Below are positions 52,362 to 64,000 of a stretch of 64,000 bases of DNA, one piece after another. This DNA comes from Hormiphora californensis (taxonomy: Eukaryota; Animalia; Ctenophora). The position numbers and the translations under genes were made by a program. The first letter of the stretch is position 1, and each line of letters opens with the position of its first letter. The DNA lies in NCBI GenBank assembly GCA_020137815.1, contig CM035353.1, positions 7,006,001 to 7,070,000 on the forward strand, in the 5' to 3' direction. The notes under the pieces were generated by a model. The model saw only the letters and a list, made by a program, of their open reading frames with translations. It had not been told where the DNA came from and did not search any database.

Positions 52362-54546
52362 ATGTCTTGAGAAACAGAGGGAATACTACTTTCCCTGAAA
52401 GTGATACCACGAACACAATCACACACGTACGTGTTAGATTTATGAAACTAAAACCACAGTACGGAACTCAAAAGAGCTGGGTGTGAGATAGTGCAAGCTT
52501 TCTTAGTTCACTGTTAGTTGTGATAAGTGATGTTATAGATATTATTTTAGTTCATGAATAGACGTATGAATAGGGTGAACACGTGTAAGAAAAGTAACCG
52601 AAAGAGAGAGAGAGATAGACGATGATGACGATGAGACGAGAGAGAGGACCGACGGAGAGAGAGCAGAGAGAGAGAGAGAGAGGTAGAGCGAGGAGAGGAG
52701 CGAGAGATAGATCGAGATCGCGCAGAGGATATAGATCGCCCTTCGAGCGATATAGCGAGAGATAGAGATAGATCGATAGCCTGCTCTCTCTCCTCTCTAA
52801 TGCTCGATTCTCGCTCTCGATCTCTTCTACTCTCTTCTCGCTCTCTCCTAGCTAGCTCTCTCGTCTCACTCTCTGCTATCTCTAATCTCTCTCGGTCTTT
52901 CTCTCTCTCTCTCCCTCATCTCTCTTCTCTCTCTCTCTTCTCTCTCTCTTCGCTAGCATTCTCGCCTCGCTCGCTCTTTCTCCCCTCTCTCTCTTCTCTT
53001 CGCTCTCTCTCTCTCTCGTCTCTCGCGTTTCTCTCGCTCTCTCTCCCTCTCTCCCTTCTCCCTTCTTTTTCTTCTCTCCCGTTTCTTCGCCTCCTTGCAG
53101 AGTTTTTCTGCAGAGTGCAGCACTACAGTGTTGGGTATTATGATAGGGTCCTCTGCAGAGTGCTCAATATCTTGGTAACGAAGTTACCCCTCCCTTGCCG
53201 GCGCGCAAAGCGCACCAAACGAAGGCCGCGATGCGGCCTGAGTGTGAGGTGTCTTCGATACCAACTCAATATCACTGTCCTGTTAGATATAAGTGCAGTT
53301 AAGAATTGTTTAAAAAGTGGAATAATTGCTATAAGATATATATAAACTCCAGGTCTTCAGTCTAGGTCTATATATAACTGTTGTAGAAGAAGCTATCAAC
53401 TTCTAGCATACTTTTAGCATTACATTCACGCTCTTATTAGCATATGAATGAGCAAGGCTGAAACTACATATATGACTAGCATATGAAAAAGTTTGCGGGT
53501 GCTAAATTCCAGAGAACCAGCCTGACATGACCTACTGAAACCGAGAAGTTATTCCAGATATATTTGCAATTTTAGTAAAAATAGTAGTGGCAGACATTAT
53601 TGCTTGATTTGGTAGGGTACTGCAGTATACTGCTCAGCGTGGTACTCTCAGATTGGTTGAGGGTAATGGCAGTACCACGAGTAAATCGAAGGGGGAGCGA
53701 ACTTGTCATAGCACTGATATGAGAAGGAAACTTGACAGGCATTAAAGCATTTAAAATGTCGTACAGTGATTTCAGCTTAGTAAAAATCAGATCATATTGA
53801 GAGACATAATTCAAAGCAGCTTGCTCAAGTCAAAGTACACAATATCACTTTCACTTTAAAAATATCTATGGTTTTATGGTTATGTTTTCATGTTTACCAA
53901 TATTATACTTATAGAGGTCGCCGGTATACCAATTCTTCCTACAGCTGACAGTAGGAAGAAGGTATACAGTAGTACTGTGTGTAGTACTGTGTACTGATTA
54001 TGCGCTGGCAAGGGGTTTCGTTTGGGAAATAGTTCAAAAATTAGTAAACAGTAATCAAAATGGCCTATCTCACGCGAACTGATCACACTTAAGAAACAGT
54101 AGAATTAGCAGGGGAGAACTTTGCATATTTGGTGACATAGACACCTGGCGCAAGACGTATTGAGTGTTATTAGACACCTGGCGCAAGACGTATTGAGTGT
54201 TATTTTCGTTGCTTGTCATATCCAATAGTCGGACTGCCACATGGATCGAGAAATAGCCGCGCTGACGTACTCAGTCTGACACACTCGAAGAAGTAAAGAT
54301 CGAAACAACACTATCACAGGGAGTTTTCATAACTAACGCGTGACATACTGCAGAGTGGACCATACTCCATTACACGAGAAACTTTTCAAGCTTTTAGCAG
54401 CGTTATAATCCACAAAGTATTTATCCGATTGGCCCAACAGAGAGAGAGGGTTCATACAAAGTAAGTAGGAAAATACCTGCAATAGGCAATGACAGAGCTG
54501 TTTTTTGAAATTACTTTATAACAAGACGATCTGCATATATTAACTA

Positions 54547-54614
54547 CAGTCGGACCCCGATTTACCGGGATACTCGGGGGAAAGAGTTTTGCCCGGTAAA
54601 TCAGGATCCGACTG
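54547..54614. mobile_element. 68-bp CAGTCGGACCCCGATTTA MITE, TA-flanked
   Basis: TIRs with 2 mismatches, TA on both sides. Confidence 0.85.
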
Positions 54615-54812
54615 TAACATACTATACATATTATCATTTTAAGTGATTGAGCTGACAGAACAGTGCTAATGCAGGATATTCAAAAACCACCCTGCTTTAC
54701 TTAACTTCCATTATATGCTGCAACAGTTAGGGAAAACATAAAATAACTTTGCTAACGAAATTATACCTCTCACTTAACTGTGTGGTGTCATAATTCAAGA
54801 AAATAACTGCAG

Positions 54813-56716
54813 TGAAATTAGTAGGCCGGAAAGGTTGCCCTATGATTTGAGCTATCTTTGCCACTGTAACATTCACGGGGTACAGACAGGGTATGGTAGA
54901 TGCTTACTCTATCTTCACAAGGGAATGTACTGGTGCCAAAGGTAGCTCAAATCATAGGGCAACCTTTCCGGCCAACTAATTTCAATTAGTTTTGGTATAA
55001 TTTGCATCATTTTTGGGATTTTTATCCATTTAGATGTAGTAGAACAGGTACAGAGAGGATGGAATCGAGAAATTGAGAAAATTTAATTTTTGACGTCATT
55101 TTGACGTCATAAAATGACGTCACGACGTTATGACGTCATAATTATGTCGTCATATCATCGGGATTACCTAGATGAAGATACTGACCAAGTTTGAGATCAA
55201 TTGGATAAGATTTGAGACCGCTATGGCGAAAAAACCCATATCGTCATATATAATTTTAAACAGTCAGACGCGTTTTAAGACCCTTATACATGTAGTTTTG
55301 AAAATTCGCGATATAGTTTCTGAAAGTTTAGACAATTTTCTTTTCATGATATAGTCTTCGTTTTTCGATTAGAATCCGTCTTAAGGGTGTAAATTGAGCT
55401 CAAAGAAGTTTGGTCAGAGTCTGAAAAATGACGACTTTAAGACGTTCTGTAGGACGTTCCAGGGAATGAAAAGGGACGACACCTCGACTAATGCACACAC
55501 ATCCAGTAGATCTACCAGCTGTGAAAACGAGAAGCCTTTATCTCTTTTCGTTTGGCGTGATTATATATGGTTATAAAAGCGTCTATCCTATTAGTCAGGA
55601 CCACTATATAATTGGTGCACGGTCGTGCCCACGGAAGGAGTGCTTGGATCATCTTGAAACCGGTTTTAAGTTAACTAATGCATATCCAAAAGTGTCTGTA
55701 GCTATTTGGGTGATGTTCTGACAATCCAATCACGAGTTATGACCAAAAAACAGCCAAAAAAGACGTTTTAAAGTGACAAAAAGGAGGACCTGAACACAGC
55801 CCTGATATGAAGGGTTGGGGCTATGAAACTTCTTGAGTGGACAGAGAATCGTCCAAATTTGCAGTGTCAACTTTGGAATTGTTTCTATCTTTTGTAGTTA
55901 TCTAATTAGAGCCGTTTAAACATGTGAGACGATGCTGTAGGGGCCTCTAATACTGTGTATTCTTGCTTGTGAAGTGATCACTTGACGAGATTTACCCAAT
56001 TAGAGAGCAGATTAAAGCATACAAGCGGTGAGAGCAAGCAATATGGGTCGGAAACAGTACCAAATTACCCTGTTTTGCAGATCGTCTCACATGTTTAAAC
56101 GGCTCTAATTAGATAACTACAAAAGATAGAAACAATTCCAAAGTTGACACTGCAAATTTGGACGATTCTCTGTCCACTCAAGAAGTTTCATAGCCCCAAC
56201 CCTTCATATAAGGGCTGTGTTCAGGTCCTCCTTTTTGTCACTTTAAAACGTCTTTTTTGACTGTTTTTTGGTCATAACTCGTGATTGGATTGTCAGAACA
56301 TCACCCAAATAGCTACAGACACTTTTGGATATGCATTAGTTAACTTAAAACCGGTTTCAAGATGATCCAAGCACTGCTTCCGTGGGCACGACCGCGCACC
56401 AATAGTGGTCCTGACTATATGCGTGCGCGTATGCGCGTGCCTGTTACACTGAATCTTCAGCAAATGGGACCAGTCTGTAACTTCCGTCCCAGATGAGATA
56501 GAGACTTGAAATTGCAATTAATTGTAAACTTAAGTAAAAGACCCCAAGCCGGGTATACATTCCACATTTTAAGTCAATCCGATGAAAGGGAGCGACGCTA
56601 TAGCCTTTCGAAATCAGGTTTTTCAGCCAAACACCCATAAAACGTATAACTGCGTTTCTGGCAGCGCTTTTGGGGGAGGGGGAATGGCAACCTTTGCGCT
56701 TGCCAGCGCAGTGATA
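54813..56716. mobile_element. Helentron/DINE-like composite related to 24238-25390, containing a foldback with ~340-bp arms (55592-55933 / 56081-56417)
   Basis: End cctttgcgcttgccagcgcagtgata is the reverse complement of 24238-24263; hairpin 54813-54983 resembles 25175-25390. Confidence 0.65.
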
Positions 56717-56924
56717 TGATACAGACCCCGATTTTCATTTAGTGGCCCCCGATTTAGTGGCACCCCGATTTGGTGTCATATACTCGTGGTATTTTATTCT
56801 TTTATTTAACTCAATCTACATCAACATGCGTGATATGACTCTGAATATATCACATGGTGTCTAGCTAAGGGCATGAGCTTGAATATAGAGTGATGAAATG
56901 CGATCAGTATATAATCAGGGGTTT

Positions 56925-57000
56925 GGTAGCTCAGTGGTAGCTCAGTGGTATAGCTTCGAGCATGTCTCTCTGGATACCCTTGGTTCAATTCCCGGCTGTA
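56925..57000 (+). mobile_element. tRNA-derived head (SINE or tRNA pseudogene)
   Basis: Duplicated A box TAGCTCAGTGG (56927, 56938) and B box GGTTCAATTCC (56982-56992); no clean acceptor or anticodon stem. Confidence 0.7.
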
Positions 57001-57458
57001 TCATGGCCATGTATGTCTGTAATCGGGCGCTACGACGCTACGTAAAAGCCTCTTTTGCGAGCGGAATGGGGCAAATCATGGCACGTTCTCAGTGATGAAG
57101 CTTTTGGCAATTATGAACCCTCATTATTGCACGTCCATCCAGCTAGAGTTTCCCCTTGGGCACGTCGCGCTATCCCCTGTACGTACTACGTAGCGTGCGA
57201 GCGACACAGTCGTTCCGCCCCCGCCTCCGACGAAGTTGGCAGCTTCGCTGCCAAAGTTTCCCCTGACCAATATACGGTTTCTTGGCATGCTAAACCTAGG
57301 GTGTGACAGTTTCACAGCATATTAAAGCACGCGAGAATAGCACTTTGTAGGACACACGTGTGTCAGGCCAGATTGAAAACACGTGCACGTGTCGACGTGT
57401 TGTCAATCTGGCGCTCCAATTGGTCACGCTTGCGTGTCGTCTGACCGTGTTGAAATGA

Positions 57459-57796
57459 TAGGGACTGACGGTGTATAAGGTCCAAATGAGGCACGGAGGT
57501 ATTCTGAATCAGCTTTTCAAGACGAATCCAACGCAACCGGAATTAACTTTCTATCTTATCGGGAAGGTGTGGTTCATTTTTTTCATTTTTGGCCGCACGA
57601 GCCAATCAGAGGGCTGGATTTCGAAATTCTGGCCTCTGATTGGCTCGCGCGGCAAAAATGACTAAAAATGAGTGTGCGTGAACCGAGCCTTCCCGATAAG
57701 ATAGAAAGCTAATTCCGGTTGCGTTGGATTCGTCTTAAAAAGCTGATTCAGAAAAGCTCCGTGCCTCATTTGGACCTTATACACCGTCAGACACTA
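57459..57796. mobile_element. Palindromic MITE with TAG...CTA ends and a 9-bp TSD (Mutator- or Academ-type)
   Basis: TSD TTGAAATGA at 57450-57458 and 57797-57805; nearly the whole element is self-complementary. Confidence 0.85.
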
Positions 57797-57987
57797 TTGA
57801 AATGATACCGTATTCTCACTGCAAGCGCCAAGCACCCATGTAAGCTCAGAGAGACTCTCGTCAACTATAGAACACGTAACCACACAGTTAGCTGGTCGAG
57901 TAAACGACCCGGGTATAGTTACATATTGTGATGGTCAATGGAGTATTGTCATGCAGCCTATGCTAGGAGCTGTCGGTCAACCATATA

Positions 57988-58333
57988 CCCTAGTAAAAAA
58001 GCAGCCTGGCTACGCGTCGCGAAAGCGTGGCTTTTTGAGCAAAAAGCGTGGCGTCTAAGCCAGGCTTCTCCGTCAATAACCACCCCAAAAACTAGGTGAT
58101 ATCCAATGCTGTATGAAACGCTCACCTAGTAGGTGAGCGTTTCATACAGCATTGGATATCGACTGCCCCACCAGCTAAGTGGTAAATGTTGCCTTGATCT
58201 GGTGTGAACAGTGCACGCTCACCTAGTGGTTAACAACGGAGAAGCCCGACTCAGACACCAAGCTTTTTGCTCAAAAAGCCACGCTTTTCAGCCAGGCTTT
58301 CGCGATGCGCAGCCAGGCTGCTTTTTTACTAGG
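57988..58333. mobile_element. Foldback MITE with a central perfect 63-bp hairpin (58098-58160)
   Basis: cctagtaaaaaagcagcctggct ... agccaggctgcttttttactagg, TA-flanked. Confidence 0.8.
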
Positions 58334-59067
58334 TACTTGGTAATAAAAGATGTGAAAATGTCATTTTACTAGGGGGAGGGGTCGGTTAACAATCAATCAA
58401 GCTGTCCGTAAACCTTAGGGTGGGTGGGGAATTAGATACACAACTAAAAACACGTGCTAAAAGATTAATCGAAATACAATAAAGTATATGAACTCCATGC
58501 CAATTATTGATCACGAATTCGAGGTACCATGTCATCAAATATGGGAGTGACAACGGGATCAGACTCGATGGTAGATCACATGATATTCCAGCTGAACGTA
58601 CCCAATCATACCATAACCAGATGACAGGCAGTGGGTTAAATATAGTAACAAGTTATCCAAATAACTTCATAGTTTTACCAAACTGAGACTGTCAAGACAC
58701 CGAGAAGAACGCGACAAGATTTAGCGAGTTGTCTGCATGGGGAAGTCTGGGCTCACACGTCTCAGAATATCGATATTCAGAATCAAATAGGCTCCGCAAA
58801 CTAGATGCAGCTGGCTCACCAGACCATATACATATTATACAGTCTGTCAGGCCTTAATGCTCTGACCACAGTTCTCGCGAGAAATGAGAATAGGGACAAG
58901 ACAATGCTCTGACAGAATATAGCCAGGATCCTACGTCGACGTATATGATTCTATCACCTTTTCTCGCGGAGCGAGGAGAGCGGTTAGCCGCTGACAGGCC
59001 GGACTAGAAACCCATGACATATATTTCCACTCACCTCTGAAGCTGAAAGTCGCGACAGTCTTTTATA

Positions 59068-59466
59068 GGGGCAGCACACATCAATAAAAATTAAAAGTTA
59101 AAAATGAACGTTTAATTTTTGGTCAAAACTCTGCCATTTCTTGGCCAAATTGCTTCATCTTGGGCTCGTTGGAAAGAGGGCATCGAGCTCGTTTCATACA
59201 GCTCAAGAAATTTGAAATCGGCATAAAAAATGGCGAAATTTCGGAGGGAAATGCTTTAATTAAAATCTTTAAATTTAAAATGCGCATTTTGGGCCGAAAT
59301 TCCACTGCTTATTTGTGCTCATTTCAAATTTCTTGAGCTGTATGAAACGAGCTCGATGCCTTCTTTCCAACGAGCCCAAGAAAAAGCAATTTGGCCAAGA
59401 AATGGCTGAGTTATGACCAAAAACTTCCAATTTTAATTTTTAATTTTCATTGATGTGTGCTACCCC
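59068..59466. mobile_element. Foldback MITE with ~150-bp TIRs (GGGG...CCCC ends)
   Basis: ggggcagcacacatcaat...attgatgtgtgctacccc; superfamily (Kolobok or PIF) not resolvable. Confidence 0.85.
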
Positions 59467-60164
59467 TTAGCTAATTAGGGTTATCAAACCCAGTAGCACT
59501 CAAAGAAGAAAAAGAATGAAATATATTTTACTACTATAGCCACCCAAGCTATTTTTATATCCAGCTTGTGGGGCGTATCTTAAAGCAAAGAGAAACTCTA
59601 ATACTCTAAACAGATAATATTATATTGTTATGTTCTAACCCTCCCTTTACATTTGTAAAAGTAGGGGCGCCCGAGACACAGTCTAGCCAGGCAAGTATTA
59701 TATTGGGTAGATTTTGTTACTCATATATATAGCCAATAACGCAATTCTTCTGTATATGATCATTCTTCCCTAAAAGCTTCTCTGAAATGACAAATTTAGA
59801 ATTCACCTACTTTTAGGGATGACATACATGGCCAGAATACATGTGTGTACAGGGAGTGACAAATGTTAATACGGAGAAGACACGGGAAAAAAAATAAAAG
59901 GGATGACGCGTTCAGTATGAAGGGTGTGTTTGTGACAATTGTAAAGATCAGCAGCTTAGAAAAAGTATATTCGCCAAAAGTACCCGAGCGCGGCGCCACA
60001 CGTCTTTTGATTGTTGGGTCGTTTAGTCGTTACCCTTGCACCTCACGCAACGTCGCGTGATGAATTTGTGCTGACATTGTATCATGGCTCATTGTCCTTT
60101 ATTGTCCTTTAATGTCCCAAATATACGCGGACCATTTAGCGTCCAAAAAATCATGGGACATTAA

Positions 60165-61046
60165 CCCTTTGGAGACGATTGGGTCACAGGTGACCCAGTA
60201 CTTTGAACCCATATAGCGTCTTTCTAGACCATATTTGAAAGTTTTAAATCGTTTCCAGGGTTGAAACATACATTTTTCTACCATTTTGAGGTCATTTTGA
60301 GCCTCTGAAGTTGTCGAATTTGGAAAACAGGGCTAAAACAGTGCATTTGGTAGGCAAAATGGGTAGTTTAATGGCCATATCTCAAAATTGGTACGAGTAT
60401 ACTTAAAATGGACTTGGAAAATGCAAGAAAAGTGTGTATTTTACCCCGGGGTAAAGTTTCAAGGTGATATTCCAAATTTTGTGCCTCTCAGAGGCCTTCA
60501 AAGTGCTGGGTCACCTGTGACCCAATCGTCCCCTAACGCTAAAACAGAAATTTGCATTTTACGAGCATTTCTAAAGGAATGGCCGCCGATAAATGTCTAA
60601 AACGGCATTTTTTAAACAGGTGTTAGCGACTAACCGACTCCATCATTGTTATCTCAACATCATAGGGAGTCGATGAAATTTTTTTTGAGATCCGTGCTCC
60701 TTCAGAAAATTTTTCATCTCGGCCAATTTTGAAATTCTAAAATCGGCTGCAGATGAGATAGAGAGGCCCATAGGGTGTGCAAACTGTGCAGAATGGCCGG
60801 GTTTATATAAGTGTTATGAAGAAACATAGGGTCTAAAATGAGCGGTTTTCGAGTTATCGGGCAAAATAGCGGCAAAATCTCAATTCCTATTTTAGCGTTA
60901 GGGGACGATTGGGTCACAGGTGACCCAATAGAAATACAGGTGGTAGAACCAAAATTCCTTTTCCTGCGTTCAAGTAGGTTCAAAGTGAGTGTCTCCAGAA
61001 AGTTTTAGAGAAATCTGTCGACAGGGGGCTTATCGTCCCCAAAGGG
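60165..61046. mobile_element. piggyBac-type non-autonomous element (882 bp)
   Basis: TTAA|CCCTTTGGAGACGAT ... ATCGTCCCCAAAGGG|TTAA; internal inverted repeats 60507-60545 / 60890-60927. Confidence 0.9.
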
Positions 61047-61526
61047 TTAAAGGACATTTTAATACCCCCCCCCCCCGCCGTGAGTGTCATGTCTATATGC
61101 CACGCGACATGTGTGCCCATGCAGAGGTCGCCATTGCTTAATTGTGCTTAAAAATTAGATGTTTCCCGGCGGGCTACTGATCGGTTGCTTTCCGAGTTGG
61201 GTCCATTTGTGTTTTTAAACCATTGTGTTATAGCTGCACTGTCTGAGAGAGAGGGCCAAATTAGTAGCACTTTAACTTGTAGATGGGCGCGAACACAGGT
61301 AGACAAAGGGATCAGTATAGATACTAAAAAAGGCAAAAAGCACTCTATCCTTGAAGGAATTTCCATGCAACGCAGGCGGAGAGCGGACAGACTGGTAAAA
61401 TTTCAATTAAAAAATCTTTGAATGATTCTATACAACGCTATTGGAATATGACACAACATTTCCTAAAAAAGGTTTATTTTATGATGTCTCACGAGGAGAC
61501 ACCATCATCAGTACTAGGTATAATAT

Positions 61527-62438
61527 TAGGCCGTCCAGTAAATAATTTCGTTGGGCTTTTCTGGGACAATGGTTTAAGATAGAGCAAAATGGACTTCACC
61601 ACTGTTTTTAGCACTCGATTTTGAATAGGAATACAATCCCTGATATCGGAATGTGGTTGTTCTCAGTTCCCACGAGGCCTCTTTCTATAACCCACTCTCG
61701 TTGCTGCTGCATATGGAAAATCACGATTTTCAAGTTTTAGTACTAAACCTGCTATACTTCTTGAAAATGGTATCGGAGTGATGTTTTGTTGCATCAAGCT
61801 TGTTCATTAGACAATTATCTTTCGTTTAAGATGTGATAAAAGATCCTATCTTTATTTTTTCACTGAGAGATGGGCTTCCAAAAATGTTTGGTCAAAATTA
61901 GAAACTTTCACTTCCGGGTCTCATCAGGATTGGCTTATAGTCAAAAACTCTGTAGTAAAAGTTAGTTCTAAGTCAGTTCTAAGACGCAGTGAAGCCAATT
62001 ATGTGATTGGTTGACTTAAAAAGTGAGTTGTTGATGTTTTCAAAAAATCCGTATAACAGGCCCAAATTTTTTTGCACTTTTGCGCCTTTTCATGTTACAT
62101 TAACTGTCCTAGAGGTTATAAGTCAACACCTAGAGCCTAAAATCGTAAACATAGCTCATCCTTAGACAATTTGCTATCGATTAAGCACCATAGGAGCTAA
62201 AAAGACTGAACCAGTTTTCATAGGGCAGCGTTTAGAAAATGATGGTAACCCCGTGCAGCAGCAACGAGAGTGGGGTATAGAAAGAGGCCTCGTGGGAACT
62301 GAGAACAACCACAGTCCGATATTAGGCATTGTATTCCGATTCAAAATCGAGTGCTAAAAACAGTGGTGAAGTCAATTTTGCTCTATCTTAAACCATTGTC
62401 CCAGAAAAGCCCAACGAAATTATTTACTGGACAGCCTA
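61527..62438. mobile_element. MITE with ~185-bp TIRs (TAGG...CCTA)
   Basis: 61527-61711 inverted to 62254-62438; imperfect TSD gtataatat / gtattaatat. Confidence 0.85.
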
Positions 62439-62982
62439 GTATTAATATGCATGTGGTCGTAGAACGAGAATCGATCACGATCAGACTAGATCTAGTCTGA
62501 TCGCGATTGATTCGAAGTACATTATACTATAATATACAGAAGGGATCTTGAACCTTAAGAATAAATACAGATAACTGAACAAAACACTTTGCCATCTCAT
62601 CGCGAGATATAATCTGTCCCTCCCAATTGCTTCAACCATATATTGACTACATAATGCGAAAAGAGGTATTGACTATCAAGAATCAATCACTCAATCAACC
62701 AACTCCGCTTAGTGGCACTTTACTAGCCGGGACATAATGGGGAGTAGAGGCATATATATGTCACTATATTACAACTGATATATAAAATAGGTTTTTACTA
62801 ACACAACAATTCGGTGCAATGTCATGTGCAATGCAGTGATCCTGCGCAACAAACGTAAATAGGGATTACATATATTCACCACTGAAATTCGGGTACTTTG
62901 GAACAGTTGGAGCGATAATGTTACCCCTCAACCCCCCGTTATCTAGGTAAAAGGTACCTTTTTAGCAAGGTACATACTTATA

Positions 62983-63079
62983 CAGTCGGACCCCGATTTA
63001 GTGGCCTCCGATTTAGAGGCACCCCGATTTAGTGGCAGGATTTTCCCCCCGAGGATACAACTAAATCGGGGTCCGACTG
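62983..63079. mobile_element. 97-bp CAGTCGGACCCCGATTTA MITE, TA-flanked
   Basis: TIRs and TA on both sides. Confidence 0.9.
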
Positions 63080-63129
63080 TACTATAACTATTTACTTTAA
63101 GGTACCTAAGTAAAAGCTACACGTGTGCC

Positions 63130-64000
63130 TATCACTGCACTGGCAAGTGCCCCGTGGCCTAATGGGGGTCTGGGGGCAAAGCCCCCAGCAATGAAAAAAC
63201 CATCCCACCCCTTCTAAGGTCATCCTAGAACATTATAAGATCAAATCTGAAAGGATAAACTCAGGCGCGGAAAATTTAATTTCGCCCGATTCGGGGCCAG
63301 TGCAGTATACCATACGGATGTGACTTTCGCCCTTTTCGAGCGTCTATTTAACCATGTTCCCGACAAGCTAGCACGCTGAAATTTTGTATGTAAAGCTACC
63401 TCAATGATATCTAATAGTGTTTAAAATTTCAAGTGGATCGATGGTTTCGTTCAAAAGTTACGAGGGGGGTCCCAAACGCTTGCTCTGTATACATACATAC
63501 ATACATACGCACCACCTTTTTGCAAAACACTTAGAGCGAAAACGGCCGGATTTAGAGCTTTTTGTCCGGGGGAAGACCCCCCATAAATTGACTATTCTAC
63601 GTGTAATAGGCTATATAAAATCCTGATTTGAGTATCGGAAGTCATTAATTATGCATAATTTATGTAAAATTTTATGAATATATCGGTATAAACTAGTTTT
63701 AGAAAATTTTCATTGACATATATCGACGCAAAAGAGTCGATTTATGGGGGGTCGTCCCCCGGACAAAAAGTCGTATCTCGCACCGTTTAGCCGTTATTTG
63801 CATATTTGTGCGCCGATTCACGATTTAATGCATATTCTGAATATTTTAACTTCAGCTGGTCCTAGAATGTTTACATGGACATATTTCGGCGTAGAATAGT
63901 CGATTTATGGGGGGTCGTCCCCAGGACAAAAAGTCGTATCTCGCATCGTTTAGCCGTTATTTGCATATTTATATACCGATTCATGATTTAATGCATATTC
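63130..64000. mobile_element. Helentron/DINE-like element with CATA microsatellite and ~165-bp internal tandem repeat, running off the window
   Basis: Start tatcactgcactggcaagtgc resembles 24238; hairpin ctgggggcaaagcccccag; repeat at 63735-63840 / 63898-64000. Confidence 0.55.

Noticed and set aside
52600-53345. Ser/Leu-rich ORF (similar ones at 11361, 23684, 40535, 43308)
   Set aside because: Translations of scrambled GA/CT microsatellite.
55491-56517. Twin ORFs ending IGARSCPRK...VAIWVMF
   Set aside because: By-product of the inverted repeat arms; no protein motif.
56925-57000. Functional tRNA gene
   Set aside because: A and B boxes are present, but the A box is duplicated and no proper cloverleaf forms.

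Overview
Eukaryotic (animal) genomic DNA that is intron-rich and full of small non-autonomous DNA transposons. The repeat families and gene types look ctenophore-like, but that is inference only. The assembly has clearly unpolished stretches with inflated homopolymers and scrambled GA/CT repeats. Four genes could be rebuilt by hand. (1) An acidic low-complexity protein made of duplicated exons plus an EPVP(A/E)AA repeat (minus, <1-3290). (2) A frameshifted LDLa-domain GPCR (plus, ~7599-10156). (3) A complete 25-coding-exon vigilin/HDLBP (minus, 23566-36807). (4) A class A (rhodopsin-family) GPCR that the ORF track almost entirely misses (minus, ~38784-50348). Introns and intergenic DNA hold TA-flanked Tc1/pogo-type MITEs, piggyBac-, Merlin-, Helitron- and Helentron-like elements, many foldbacks and a tRNA-derived SINE head. 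Two patterns stand out. First, tandem duplications repeatedly copy exon-intron junctions and create decoy splice sites, including nine near-identical acceptors before one GPCR exon where only the last keeps the frame open. Second, small elements carry arrays of hairpins that fold well on one strand only, through tandem G.A pairs and GNA triloops. No transposase or other autonomous-element ORF was recognised.
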